From the NCBI GenBank assembly GCA_905178155.1, contig CAJINV010000003.1, positions 9,431,979-9,495,978 of the forward strand: a stretch of DNA of 64,000 nucleotides, given 5' to 3'. Shown here one piece after another: positions 13,401 to 26,449 of the stretch. The notes beneath the pieces were generated by a model that did no database searches, was not told where the DNA came from, and saw only the letters and a list, made by a program, of their open reading frames with translations. Every line of letters starts with the position of its first letter. Within the stretch, counting starts at the first letter, position 1. The DNA is from Amoebophrya sp. A120. Taxonomy: Eukaryota; Protista; Dinoflagellata. The position numbers and the translations under genes are program-made.

Positions 13401-16400
13401 CCGGGGAATAAATGCAGGAGAAAGCCTATCTAAGGAGTACTTGTCAAGCCTGTATCGGAGCATTGCCGAGAATCCTATCACCCTCGATGACGACGACGAC
13501 AAGCGCGCCCGCATCGATTCGCAAAACGCAACTAGTCAAATGGCGAAAGTTGAGTTATTTTCCAAGGAGGTCGGCCTCGTAGTCGAGCGCTCGCAACGCG
13601 CTATCGAACAGCTTGAAAGCGATCGAGTAGAGGAGGACAACAGAACAGCCGACATGAGCGTTCTTAAGCGCACTGGGTCCGCCGTAGTTGAACACACAAC
13701 CGCTAACGGCCCAGAGACAGAGTCGGCGCGTTCGGCCGAGACGGTATTCCTAGTAGGTGGTACTGATGCTAGCGAAGTAGAAGAGGTAAGCACGACTCCA
13801 ATCGGAACTTCTTCGAGGGGCCCGCGGGAGCCTTCCCGCCTGTCGTCATCTCCTGGGAAGCGTTTATTTGTTTCGGAGAAGGAAGTTCCTTTCGGAGTAG
13901 CCGGCAAAGCGCTGTTCGAAGTTATCTGCTGGCCGCTTCTGGCGACGTTGTCTGTTCTTCTAGAAGCCACGAGCTGGGTGGAGCCGTCACAGGAATCCAG
14001 TAAAGGACCGAAGCAGCCTCTGGAGAACCGCGTGCTGCAGCTATGTGTCGAGGGGTTCCGCCATTGCGTTCGATTTAGTGCACGCCTTAGGCTGGAGACC
14101 GAGCGCGATGCATTTGTGTGTTCTCTCGCAAAATTCACCTACCTTGCAACGATCAAGGGCATTCAGCAAAAAAATATCGAGTGCATCAAAGCAATGCTCG
14201 AAATAGGCTTGTCGGAGGGAGACTTTCTTTCGTTTTCTTGGAGGCATGTTCTGCACTGCGTTTCCCACTTGGACCGACTGCAGATTATTCGGACGCAAAG
14301 GCCAGACGCCCATTCCTTCGAACAAGAGGGGGATCCGGGCCAAACCGTTTCGGCTACCACAGACGGACCATGTATAGTTGTCTTCTGGTTTATTTGTATT
14401 TTGTGAACTTGATGGCTTCTTCTACTGGCGTTTTCATTGTTGGTTCTGGTCTCATACTGCAAGCTCAGCTTTGCATCAGCTTCAACATTTATAAAAACGA
14501 AAATTGTTGTAGTTGTTGTTCTTGTGCGAACTAAGCATTCTAAGTATGCGTGCGTAATGTTTTCTCAGCGAATCATGACGTACAAGAAATCTACCAAAAA
14601 GTGCGCCGGAGTGCAGATTTGTCGGCGGCGACGAGTGACACTTCGCGCACTTCCTCCAGCCGTACAGCTACCGCTTTATCAAATGTAAAAATGTCTGGGT
14701 CTGGAAGAATCCAACTTGTCATGCTGATTTTGGATTCTAAAAAAATCTGTATTGCATGAGCAGCAAAGAGAGTCCGAATTTTGCAGCACGGAAAGCGCAT
14801 TTGTCATGCGGAATAGGCATCAGGAAGCCCTCTAAAAATCTGTGATGCTAGGGCATGCATCACAGACTTGAGGAGTCATGCAAAATGTGCATGACAAACC
14901 CGGCAATCTTCCAGACCCAGACATTTTTACATTTGATACGCTTCTCATCAGAACAAAACTGCGCGGCGCAAAATCGGAACTGGGGTGACAGGACTTGTGC
15001 GGCTTAGTGAAGAGGATCGCTCGGTGGAGGCGTTGAACTCCGAGGCTATACTTTCCCAGTTGAACACGAGCAACGCCATCGAGAACCTCTTCGAGAGAAG
15101 CGTCGCGCTGAACGCGAGGGGAATAGTTGACTTCGTGTCCGCGCTGTGTGAGGTGTCCGCTGACGAGATGAATCTTCACCAGAATGATGAGGATACGATC
15201 GACATCCGGACTTTCTCACTGCAGAAGTTGGTGGAAGTTGCTGACGCAAATATGTACTCGCGGATCCGGCTTGTTTGGCGCCGAATTTGGCTGGTGCTAT
15301 CCCAGCACTTCGGGGAAGTTTGCTCCCGTATCACGAATCCGAGCGTTTGTCTTTTCGCGCTCGACTCACTACGGCAGCTGATCTCAAAGTTTTTGGATCG
15401 TGATGAGTTGAGTAATTTCGAATTTCAAAGCGAGATGCTCAGACCGCTGGAGCTGGTACTCATGAACCCCTCGACGTCTATGAACGCAAAGCATTTCGCG
15501 ATTACTACTGTACGGGCTCTTATGGAAACACGGTCAGGAAACATCAAGTCCGGGTGGAGGTCGATTTTACAGATTTTGCAGGCTGCCACGCGAACAGGAG
15601 CGATGCGAATCTCCTCTAATGCAGGGGAGTACCAGCAGCAGCAGCAGCAACACACGCAGCAGCGGTCACTGTCACCAGCGGGGAGTGCAACATCTACAAA
15701 TCCTAGCGTAGTTGGTGGCGTAGCCTCACTGTCAGAGCGCCGAGCTTTCGTCCAGAAAGCATTCGCAGTGATGCAGCATATTGCTGAAAAACACCAGGAG
15801 CATTTCTTCGCGAACTTTTCAGAGGGAATGCAAGCTGTTGTCGCTTTCGCGCAGTGTCTTGTTCTACCAACGATAGAGGCCACCGAAGCCGTGCAGCTTA
15901 TCTTCCTGTTTGCCCGAGTGCTCGCCGCCCAGGAGAAGGCTCGAATAAATATTCTAGATACAAATGTAAAAACGAGACGGAGCACGAGCAGCGAACGCAG
16001 AGAAATTGACGAGACCGAAAGCAACAAGGTCCGCAGTAACCAGCCCGGATCGCGACACCACTCAGGGGATGACGCCGCTGACAGGGAAAATGGGGAGCGA
16101 AGTGCAATCGGTGCGGCGACCAGCGCGACGACGTCGATGAGCCCTGCTTCCTCGCGGAATCTCAGCCCCAGTGCACGGACGTATTGGCTTCCGCTCCTAC
16201 ATGGTTTATCTACATTGTCAGCTGATAGTCGAAGGGAAGTACGGTCCCGAGCTTTATCTGGATTATTCGAAGTACTGAAGGAGCACGGAGGGGAATGCTT
16301 CGACGCCGACACTTGGCAAGCGACATTTCGGGCCGTGCTCTTTCCTCTTTTCGACGATATTCAGCTCGAGCAGACGACTGGTACTGAGTTCGCCATGAAA

Positions 16401-17618
16401 AAGCAGGACGCTTGGTGTTTGGCTGCTCTCAGCAACTGCGTTGTCCTGATTGAAGCGCATTTCGAGGCGCTGGCTTTCGTGTTCGAGGATTTTCTTTCGG
16501 TTCTGGTAGGCATGGCGACTCACAGTTCGGAGTATATCGCGCGGCTTGGGGTTGAGGCTCTCAAACAGCTCATTGGAAAGACTGGCCACAAGTTGTCCGG
16601 TAATCACTGGGCGGTCGTCGCAAAGGGTGTGCAGGCTCTATTCCACAAAACGATGCCTGTTGCGATCCAGGATGATTTGTACTCCGCCCTAATGGCGGAG
16701 AAGGTCAAGGACAAGGGAAACAGTATCGACCGCACCGCTGCCGCTGGTAATAACAGCAATGTCGGCCACGAGGGAGCAAGAACAGCATTACCTACTACTG
16801 GGATAGGGATTGGAACGGCAGCAAGCGCTGCGCTCACTGCTCACCCGCAGCAACTACATCAGCCGGGGGACGTCGGCGGCGTTGACGAAGTGACCAAAGC
16901 TGTTGTAACTGGATGCGTGGTGCAGTTGCTCCTGATCGACTGTGTTCACAGTATCTTCCAAGGGCACGGGACAAGACTGCCTCGGGAAGTAGTGATCACG
17001 CTGCTAGCAGCACTTGAAGCTAGCTTCTCTTTCGCTCACGAATTCAACCAGAAGATCTCACTTCGCATGGAACTGAAGCGATTGGGTTTCATGCGGGACA
17101 TGCGCGACTTGCCGGGTCTGCTCAAGCAAGAGCGCGAGGGTCTCACGTGCTACTTGGGTATTCTTTTTGCGTTGAGCCAAATGGATCGCCTTGATGCCGA
17201 GTTGTGTGACAAGCTGATCTCGTGCGCCCGCTCAGTAATCCACAACTACGTCCGGAAAGAGAGGCAGATGCATAATATGATACGCGACGGGGATGACGAG
17301 GTGTACGCAGTCGAAATCGAGCGAGAGACAACGGGCCTGCAACCGATCATCACGCAAGTCATCTTGCAGAACCTTCTACACGCAGGGGAAAAACTTTATT
17401 CGAAGAGCAAGGAGGAAACGTCAGGTGAGTTGGATCGAAAGGGACCCGCTAGCGACAACGGAGAATCCAGTGTCCTCTCGGTCAAAGACATAGCGGACGC
17501 TGACGGCATTGGGATAAGAGAGCCGGGCCCGGGCGCAAACAGTAAAGACGAGTTGCGCAGTGAGATGGGAAGTAACCTTTTCAAGGCAGTGTGCTATCAA
17601 GATCAGAACCGCGTTTAG
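10483..17618 (+). CDS. SEC7: BIG/Sec7-family large ARF guanine-nucleotide exchange factor. Exons 10483-14371, 14569-~14676, ~14944-(>=17590); 3' end unresolved.
   Basis: Sec7 catalytic motif FRLPGEAQKIDRMMEKF and AYVLAFSLVMLQTDLHN. HUS box FLNYDCD. HDS-region motifs (FVCSLAKFT, KNIECIK, FSLQKLVEVADANM, RIRLVWRRIW, FALDSLRQL, NIKSGW, FRAVLFPLFD). The two long ORFs join in frame through a middle exon. Confidence 0.95.
14372..14568 (+). other. Canonical GT-AG intron of the Sec7 gene
   Basis: t|GTATAG ... tttctCAG|cg. Phases match (tcg aat cat gac) and the interior is AT-rich. Confidence 0.8.
14677..14938. mobile_element. MITE-like intronic element (introner) in the Sec7 coding sequence
   Basis: Perfect 32-bp TIR tatcaaatgtaaaaatgtctgggtctggaaga (14677-14708 / 14907-14938), flanked by direct repeat CGCTT (14672-14676 / 14939-14943). 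Removing 267 bp restores the frame. Confidence 0.92.
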
Positions 17619-18769
17619 CGATCTATTCTTGTCGCATAAAGCAAGACGTTGTATTTGTATGATGTTGAAGCGAGAACAAAGACGCGAGAGACGGCCTTGA
17701 GCCAGATCGTGTTCTACTTATACTAGCCGGGGGGAAGGAACTTCTATCCCGGCGACAAGACGGACGCACGGGGGGGAAAAAGCAGAATTAGACGGGGAGG
17801 TCAGAAGGCAGTAATGGCTCACGCGGAAAATTGTCCTGGGTCATTGTTTCTGTAGAGAAATCGCCGATACTAGAGGCTGGCGACTGCGGGCGCATTTTGT
17901 GTGAATTTCTCTCGTCGGGAGATTTTTTGCTGAACGGGTGGGGGCTGTACGACGGTGGATCTTGTCCCGTGTTTCAGTTCGCGCGCATTAGTTTGCGAGA
18001 TCTAGAAGGACGTGCGGGCATGTAGATCCAGCGCCCACCTTGCTGCTGAACCTGAAGCGTATAGCCTTGTGTCAGCCGGCTGAGCCGCCGGATGGGATTG
18101 CTGGCTACGGCAGAGGGCTTGCCTCCTTCTCTCTGATTGGTTAAAATGTGGTCCCGTATAGCGGCCATGGAGCGCGCCATCGCCGCCCCTTCGGGTGCCT
18201 GCCTGCTGTCGACTGCCTGCGGTCGGCGCTGCGGTGAGGCCAGGCGAGTGCGGCGGCTCCTTCTTTACGTGTGAAACTGCTTGCAGTCGAGTCCCGGGCG
18301 TGTATTTGTTTGTGTATACAGATGCGGGCGCGCAACAAGCTGGCATGTCCGGGCCGAATTTCAGCGAATCTTGTTCAGCCCATGCGTGGACCCCGCTAGA
18401 AGTATGCTGCTTTGTGAACGGGCTGCCTTTTGGGGACTATGCGCGGCGGCCCGCCTTCTACCGCGCTTTCGTTTTTGAGATCCGAAGGCATTTGCGACCA
18501 CTTAGGTCCGCCGCGCGCCCTGATGCCTGGGCGCCGTTCTGCGAGCAGCAACCGAGATAGGCAGCAGCGCGCGCCGAATCTTGTGGTGCCCAAACATAGC
18601 GCCACTTCCCACTGCCCCGCCCCCAGAGTGTCAGCAGCCGGCTAGCTTTGCGCGCATTCGGAAGGGCGCGGCGTGAAATTTACTGGCGGCTTCAGCATTG
18701 GGACCCTCGCAAGACGTCTGCTCTTGCCTCGCTCTTTTGATATAGTATTTAACGAAGACGTAACGAAAA

Positions 18770-19250
18770 GCAAAAAGCAAGCGCGCCAGCCTCGTGAAGC
18801 CCGCCCGCGTGCTATAGTCCCGACGTTTTTCGGCTTTTCGGGGCGTTCGGAACCGGGGTCATGCCGCTCAGTCTAGCTTCGGGCCAGGAGATTTCTAAAT
18901 TTGCAATAAGTTGCTTGGTTTTATTTTCAGTGGCCGCCACGCCACGCGGTAAAGTATTACCAACCTCCGGGGCGCGGGGGGCCCGGAAAGGCTGGGACGC
19001 TGCGAAGGCCACGGCAATCGTGATCGTGGCACCCGCGCGCCCTCTGCCCGCCTCCTGGCGTTGTTTTCAGTTAGTGGCAGTAGTTGTGAGGGCAAGAGGG
19101 GCGCAGGAGCTGCCTACTGGGCGGCCGGCGTTTGCCCACTTTGTTGCGGCCACGGCCACCCATGACGATTTGCATGCGTCGGCCCCCCATCCCGGGGGGG
19201 ACAAAAAATCGGAACGACCTCACAACTTCCGCCCCGGCGGCTATGTTTGG
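18770..19250 (+). mobile_element. 3' partial copy of the same family
   Basis: Ends gacctcacaacttccgccccggcggctatgtttgg. Confidence 0.7.
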
Positions 19251-20522
19251 CACTAGACCCCCAGCGTGTTGGTGTGCAATGTTGCTCGAATCGGGCGTAT
19301 TCTTCCTCGCAACGCAATTCGGAAATACGGCGCGCGCCTGCGTGTACTAAGGTGGTAGCTTTGGATTTGGTCTTGATATGTGCCCCACTTTGTTTCCCCT
19401 TTTGGCGGACCTTTGTTTGAGTAGTAGCCATGAACTCCGCGCTGTCGTTCGGGAGGTGCTTCTGCAAAACGTCGCGCCGCTGCTGCAGCTCTGAAGAAAG
19501 TCTGTGAAGGTGCGGCCCATCGAGCCAGTTCCAGTTCTTGCGACATCGCTCGACTTTGAACCGACGGGACGACCGCAATCCTTCGCGCTCCGCGCGATTT
19601 TGCATTTGTGCTGTTCAGTTCTTTTATACTCGCGACGCCAGTCAGGTTGGAGCAAACGCGGTAGACTACGAACCAACGAAACCAGTAGAGCGAAATAGGG
19701 AACAGCTACGGCATGCCTAGTCTGTGTGGTGTACTTATGCGCATGTTCATCTAGTGCCCTGACGTGAGATGTTGTTTTCTTTTCTGCTGCACCACGGAGC
19801 TCTTCTGTACTGCCCGAAGCACGGCTGCGCGTGTTCGCTGTCAGCCTAGAGAGTTAGAGGGCTCTTCGAATGAAAAGGACGGCAAGAAGCCATATCTCCA
19901 GTGGCGCGCAAGCCGTCGGCGTAGCGGACAAAAGAATCCAGCCGATGCACGCGCCGACGGTCCGAGTCCACACTTCGTAGGTGTTCACAGCTGGGATAGC
20001 GGAAGAATGGCCGTGTCTGCAGTACGATGTCCCGCGTACGGGTTCTGCCATGCTAGATCGAGCACATGATCATGGATGACATTGCCAAGAACGCGACCTG
20101 CTTTCGCTTTTATCTCTGTATCGCGAACGCCTCCTGCCGCATCGTGACAGAACGAGTTCGATCTTAGATCCATTGCAAGGCCGCAACCAATGCAAAACAA
20201 TAGACAAAGCACCTTCGTATTTCTAGTTGTTCCTGCCGAAGATGGCAGACAGCCTCTTTATATCAGGATTCGGTGTATGTTGTGCGTCCCCGGGGGAGAT
20301 GCCGGGTTACCAAGGTCCACTGGATTTCTCTTCTTGCATTCGTTTGCCACACAACCAAAAGAGAAAAATGCAATCCAGATATTTTTATTGCACATGTACA
20401 CGCCAAAAGCAAAAGATTAATGCGAGCTGGCACGCGTTGGCGTTCTCTGAATTCGCGGCCGAGGCCAAGAGTGTTCCAAGTATGTGCTTATTACATGTGC
20501 TACTGCTTATATGTGCCTATAT

Positions 20523-21156
20523 AGTGTGAGATCACGAGCGTTCTAGTCGTGCGGCTTTTTTGCCACGTCCCACACAAAATGCTTGGGAGTTTCCAATCGG
20601 CCGGAAGTGCTTTTACATTTACCAAGCGGCCGGGGCTTTGATAGCAAGCAAGCCTAGTGGTATTCTATGGTATGTCGCTTCGTAAAACGATGCAAGGGGG
20701 CCGGCAAAAGGGGCGCCCTTCTGAGGCGCCTACCGCCTGGGCTTCTGGCGGTTTGAGGCGCCCAGAAAAGGACACCAAAAAAGCACCAGCCCGAGAAAAG
20801 CACCGGATCCGCATGGTGTTCGCCTCATTTCGGCCCACGCCCGGGCCTCGCAAAGGACGCCACCAAAGTCGGCTGCTTCAGGGCGGTACTGAAGGCCAGA
20901 GGCCGCGTTTTCTTATTAACAAGGAAACGGAAAACAAAAAAAGCGCGCCCCGCCAAAAAGTGAAAGCGAGTCCGTATGCTATTGGCCCGATTCCGGTCTT
21001 CCAAGGGGCCGGCTCTTGTGGGGGCCTAGTGGGGGCCTTAGCATGTAGGGAAGGCTTTCCTTTTCGAACCCGCAGGGGTGGCAACTTTGGGCCGTTATTT
21101 TTGCCCGCCGGTGCTGTGCCTTCGTGCAATCATAGCATTACGCCCGGCGGCATACT
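20523..21156 (+). mobile_element. Diverged copy of the same family
   Basis: gtgagatcacgagcgttctag start, aatcggccggaag, aaaaggggcgcccttctgaggcgcc, and cgcccggcgg near the end. Confidence 0.65.
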
Positions 21157-21262
21157 GGCCATAGCGGTTGCGTCGCTTGTTGGCTTCAAGTCAGAAAGAC
21201 CGCTGCGACGTTATTACCCCCGCGAAAAGGCGGCTAGTGTTGGCATTGCCAGGCTCCTGGAG

Positions 21263-21414
21263 TGCGGTTGTTGGCTCCTTTTTGTTTTTCTCTCCGGCGC
21301 CGGACGTCGTTACGGTGTCAGTCGGGTTTTCTGTGTTTATGTTTGGCATTGTGGAGGTCTGTGAGCAGCCGCTGCGGGAGTGAAAGTCGCTGAGTGGTGG
21401 TCTGCGAGAGTGAT
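21263..21414. repeat. Dispersed repeat, copy 1 (copy 2 at 41345-41492)
   Basis: 47-bp identical block tgcggttgttggctcc...ccggacgtcg plus about 100 bp of similar sequence. Confidence 0.85.
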
Positions 21415-21857
21415 AAGTTGAAACGCTTGACGTCGCCAGCTATTTCCAAAAGGAAGATATTACGTATAATGGAGCGATAGCACCACTCACCTTAAGCTTA
21501 AAAAGTCAAAAATTTTTTGATAATGTATTTGCACTGCAAAAGCCATCATCTCAAAGACTATACCGAGACGGCTGTTGTTGGGTGCGATCGGGGGCGAACC
21601 TGATCAGGTGAGGCGGCTTTTGAAGGTATGAGATTGAAAATAGCTATCGAAGCGTCAGGATCGAAATCCACAGAGTTGAAATGATTTAGCATGCAAAAGC
21701 CAGTGTTGCAGGGATGGCAGGCGAGGCAGATTGTGAACCTGTTTAGCGTTTGGGATAGAACTGCTAAAGTAGTATGACAAAAGCGGTCTTCTGCGTCCAA
21801 ACAGGATGACAAATTGGACTCCGGTGCTCGGAAAATTTTTCATGTGCCGTTTGATAT

Positions 21858-22584
21858 GTAGTGAGGTCACCGAACGGTTCTAACCGGGGAGTTTTTTTGC
21901 CATCTCCCGTGAAAAACGACCGGCAGTTTTCAATCGGCCGGAAGCGTTTTTTGACATAAAAGATTTCCATTTATCAATCGGTCGGGGCTTTGCCGTCAAA
22001 CAAGCCCGGGCGGATTCTATCGGTTCCCGATTGATAAAACGACGCAAGGGAGCCGCCAAAAGGGGCGCCCTTCTGAGGCGCCCAGCGCACCTATTTCCAT
22101 CGATTTGGGGCGCCCAAAAAGGGGCGCGCAAAAAGCTTGCCCAAAATCAGAACAGCGAAACAGCATGGCACGGCCGCGATTTCGGAGCATTTTGGGCGGC
22201 CGCGAAAGCGGCCGCCTTTTCGCCGGTTTCAGAGCCTGGGAAGCTTTGCAAAAAGCGCCGGAGGGAAAAATAAAAACGCGAAAAAGAGAAAGCGCCCCGG
22301 ACGCGCAAAGCCAATCCGCATGCTATGGGCCCGATTTTTCTTCGCTTTTTGGGCGCCCCCCGTGGCACCCGGATCGGCTCCATAGCATGGGGGCTAGCTC
22401 GCGGAAAGGAATTTCGGAGATTTGCCAAAAGTTGCGATGTTTATCGAGCGGCCGCCATACCGTGCGGCCTAACGTTACTCACGGCGGTATGGCGAACCCA
22501 GAAAAAGCAAGGCCGCGGCCAAGTCGATGGCCGGCAAGAAAACGCCCACGACCTCACTACCTCCGCCCCGGCGGCTATATTTGG
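21858..22584 (+). mobile_element. Non-autonomous Helentron/Helitron2-like element, full-length copy
   Basis: 5' GTAGTGAGGTC (21858), subterminal GACCTCACTAC (22550-22560), hairpin CCGCC-cc-GGCGG, then ctatattt. Collinear with 38440-39172. Confidence 0.8.
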
Positions 22585-22729
22585 TAATTGGGCATCCAAC
22601 TGGTATCGGTTTTATGCATGGGTAGGCACTAGAAGAAATGCAAATGTCAGTCAGCAAAATGATCTAGGTAACAAATCAAAAAGAAAAAAGCGCCGGCCCC
22701 AATCCCAACACAAAGCGCCGGCACGCCCA

Positions 22730-23095
22730 ATGTGGTCGTCGCGGCTCCGGCGCACCCAGATCTGTCGTTCCATTTCCGGTGCGCCCGATCTGGTCGTCCC
22801 GGCTCCGGCGCGCTCAGACTGGTCGCCCCGGTTCCGGCGTTCCCGATCTGGTCGCCCCGGCTTCGGCGCGCCCAATCTGGTCAACCCGGCCCCGAACGGC
22901 CGGGGCGACTTTTGGCCGGTCCGACGGCCGTCGGACGACTTTTGGGTGTCCGGCGGCCGTCGGACAACTTCTGAGCCGTCGGGCGACTTGTTTTGGCCGT
23001 CCGACGGCCATCGACAGACCTTCCGGTGTCCGACGCCCATCGGACAAATTCTGAGCCGTCGGACGACTTTTGGTTGTCCGACGGCCGTCGGGTGA
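22730..23095. repeat. Two adjacent ~28-30-bp minisatellites (gatctggtcgccccggctccggcg; ccgacggccgtcggacgactt)
   Basis: Degenerate tandem units; the second has a palindromic core CCGACGGCCGTCGG. Confidence 0.85.
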
Positions 23096-23139
23096 TGGAT
23101 TGGACCAGACGAGTAGCGGCAGCGCGGACCGTTGCGGCC

Positions 23140-23470
23140 ACTTCGAGCCTGTATCTTCTCGAACAAACTCAAGCTCGAGCTTGTATCTCAAACTCAAACG
23201 CGAGCTTGTCTCCCAAACTCGAACACTAAGTCAATTCTGGAAATCAAAGCCATGCTCGAGTTTGTATCTCAAACTGAAAGTCAAGCGGGAGGTTGTATCT
23301 TAGACTCAAGCCCGAGCTTGTCTCTCAAGTTCACACTCGAGCTTGTATCTCAAACCCAAACTGGAGTTTGTGTCTCAGACTCCAGCTTGTATCTCAGATT
23401 CAAGCCCGAGCTTGTATCTGAAACTCGCGGGAGCTTGTGTCCCAAACTCAAACTGGACCTGGAGCTTGTA
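23140..23470. repeat. ~24-bp tandem repeat (gagcttgtatctcaaactcaaactc)
   Basis: More than 10 degenerate units; further units at 24528-24580. Confidence 0.9.
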
Positions 23471-23504
23471 GTATGCAACGAGACAAAGTCCATGGATTAT
23501 GGTG

Positions 23505-24515
23505 GAGACCCATGGCACTAGAGTATCTGTGTATGACCCGGCGCGTGCAGGAGTTGAAGAAGTGCAGGGGTAGTAGTGTAGCTTTTTGCTGTTCAGTAGT
23601 CGAAGGAGCGGAAAAACAGTACGTGTTAAAAAAAACCACTGACGCCATGTTGAAAAAAGTCAAAACAAAGAAAAAAAAAGTCGGTCCCGTAGATCCAAAA
23701 AATCTTTCCAGATGCTCCAACCCTGCCGCACGGGAATCAGGCATGCTCTAGAATTAATAATCGTACTCAGGTCGGGTATAGGGCTTTACGACCTACACAG
23801 TGGCGTCGGTAGAAAATACTTCACAGATCATTTTTGTAAGCAACTCGTAGATAGCTCGGGGCTTACGTTTAGGGCAAAGGCGTGTTCTCACGTCAGAGAG
23901 GCGACCGCGCTGCTTTTTCCTAGTCGTGTGCCAGGTTGCGAAAAAATGTAAGCCCGCTCCTGTCTATCGAGTGTCGAGAGTTGGGGTAAGAGGCAACGCC
24001 AGTCACCACCTATCTAAAGCTAAGCTTGTATAATTATGTGACCCGTGGCACTAGAATAATTATGTATGACCCGACCGCTGCTGATGTTGAGACGCAGGGG
24101 TAGTAGTCTATAGGTTTATTTGCGTAGCGGGTTTGTAAGAGGACCAAGTAAACACAAGTTAAAAAACCACTGACGCCGTGGCAAGGAAAAAGCCGCTCCT
24201 AGTACTCTCCACCACAACGATTTTTAGAAAGTGACAGCATCGCAGTGCGGGATCCAGGCATGCTCTATATAATTTTCAGTAGTCAGCATGGGTTTAGGGT
24301 CTTTACTTACATAGTGGCGTCGGTAGAAAGTGTTTTTTATAAAACATCCTTGTAGCGACCGGTATATAGCACAGGGTCAAGGGTAAAGACGTGTTTCCAC
24401 GTCAGTGAGGCGACCACACTGCTCTTTTCTAGTCGTGTGCCAGGCTGCGAACAGATGTAAACCCGCTCCTGTCCATCGAGGAACTGAGTAAGAGGCAACG
24501 CCAATCGCCACCTAA
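23505..24515. repeat. Tandem duplication of a ~520-bp unit (23505-24012; 24038-24513), with a partial third copy at ~59900-60000
   Basis: Shared blocks: tggcactaga, tgtatgacccg, gcaggggtagtagt, aaaaaaccactgacgcc, caggcatgctcta, agtggcgtcggtagaaa, ctagtcgtgtgccagg, cccgctcctgtc, gtaagaggcaacgcca. Confidence 0.88.
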
Positions 24516-26449
24516 TTCCGTCCGTCCGCTTGTATCTCAAACTCAAACTCGAGCTTCGTTTTGAAACTCGAACTCTAACTGACATTTGCATTCCTTTAAG
24601 CCAAGGTAGTTAGTGTCTATGTAGTGATAAGATTTCGTTTCCAACTTTGTTGATTTCGATCCTGAATCCGGTTTGACGTCAGGTTGAGCACGTGAGGCGG
24701 GTTGTTTAAGTATCACTGGCGGCTCTTTGGAGGTTGATTTGCTCACACGGATGAGGTGGCAGTGTGATGTTCGTCTGAAGCGCAGCAGCAGTGAGTTCTC
24801 GGATTCACTTATGCTGTGCGACTCCCTACGCTTGGTCGTTCACCGCTAAAACGGGTGGCGTTTGGTCTTCTTATAGTTCTTAAGCTCTCTCAAGCTGTTG
24901 CAAAGGACTTGCTCTCAGGATGCAGTAGCTGCATATGTCAGACGGTTACTCGCACACCATAAGATGCGAGCAAAGGCTTGACTTCGATCCCGAGAGTTCC
25001 ATACTAGCTCCAAGCTAAGCTAGTTAGTTAAGGCGTGGACTATAGAGAGGATTTAGAGATCATGACTGTCCATGAAAGAGAGCGGCGCTATCGCCATGCC
25101 CATGGTATATGGGACATTTGTCGAAGCCTGTGCGGCTCGGACGGGGCTCCGAGGCGGCTGGACGGCCTACCGCCTTGGAAATGGCGCTTCAGAGTGCAAG
25201 CCTATTACGTTCTATCTACCTTCAATTCTCTACCGATTCAACGCGCTTAATTAACTAGGTCACCTTGGAGCTTCCTTGTAGCTAGTTCTCATCTTGATGC
25301 CAGCCATGCCGTCACATCACGTCCGTGCCGTCGTGTTTTGCACCTGAAAACTGCAATCAAAGCATATATATATAGCGACAAGCTTTTTGATTTTTAATTT
25401 TATTTTTAAGGTGAGTGGCCTAGTTCCGCGCGCACCGCTCTTCTTGCCTAATCCCGCGGCCTGCGCAGCACGTCCCAGCTCCGCGGCCTACGCAGCACGT
25501 CCCAGTTCCGCGGCCTATGCAGCAAGCGTTTCAGGGTTAAAGGGTTCGTTTGGGGCTCCTAACTTGATTGTAGCGTGAGTGGTTCTATCGACCCCATAGA
25601 TAGACGGCACGTTCAACAGTTACTCGCTCGCCTGTAGAAGCGAGCACACTATTGGTTTTTACCTCGGATAAGATCGCCTCCATTGATTCCAGCGATGAAC
25701 AATGTCCTGCCAAACAACCCCCGCACTCTTCGAAGTCCGGTGCTCTGGGGCATATTGGCCGCGTCGTGGTGATAGATGCGACGCCGGGCCCGCAGATGGG
25801 CTCGCGCCGTTGTAAATCAAAAGGCCGCCCGTGGAATCCAGATCGATTGACTGCCTGGCTAATGGTGTCGCATTTCGCCACTCTTTGGCTCCTGCTAAAT
25901 CTGCAACAGCTCCAGAAGGAATGCCAGCGCAAAAGAATGATGCGGCTGACGCGGAGTATGAGTTTCGCTTTTATCTGTTTGATGTTGTTGTTCCAAACCA
26001 CGGGGATTCCACCGGCATTTGGATTTCGGGTCGAACTCGACGAAAGCATCGAAGGTGAAGCAAGATTGTTGCGACAGACCAATCACATTGATAGAACGTT
26101 TTGCGAGACCGATGACACATGAAACAGATAACCAACTTTGCAGAGTTTGTTGCGTGGTTGTTTTTGCGTGAACAGCAAAAACCGGAGCCCCAAAGTGAAA
26201 AACACCAAAAAAACTTCTCGCCTGCTCTGCCGAGCAGAAGTGCTCGCGCTTACACAATGGGGCGCATATGGCGCAGCAGTATTTTATATTGAATGAATTC
26301 TGGCACTGACGAGTGGCTACATGAAACACAAACATTTACAGAGACGCGCCTCGTCAGCCGTAATGGGACGCCAAGTGTATCAGCAAAAGCGGGCGAGGAG
26401 GAACTTCACGCAAACGTCGGTCGGCGCGACCACTTTTCCGTCATGGGAA

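Noticed and set aside
10483-17618. Stop-codon reassignment (reported in one Amoebophrya strain)
   Set aside because: More than 2000 codons lack internal TAA/TAG/TGA and use standard Gln and Trp codons. The breaks are explained by introns.
17619-18740. Terminal exons of the Sec7 gene, including a possible ctagccgg/ccggctag-bounded intron
   Set aside because: Several alternative joins exist and none is supported by clear homology.
22730-23470. CRISPR-like repeat arrays
   Set aside because: Units are tandem and degenerate with no unique spacers. No cas genes, and the context is eukaryotic.
24290-24300. Telomerase-RNA-like template (ACCCUAAACCC on the minus strand)
   Set aside because: Not conserved in the sister copy (gggtatagggc), and the unit is multi-copy.
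24700-26440. Short ORFs between repeats (also 19300-20500, 37000-38000, 41500-42300)
   Set aside because: No motifs and fragmentary; cannot be distinguished from decayed or non-coding DNA.
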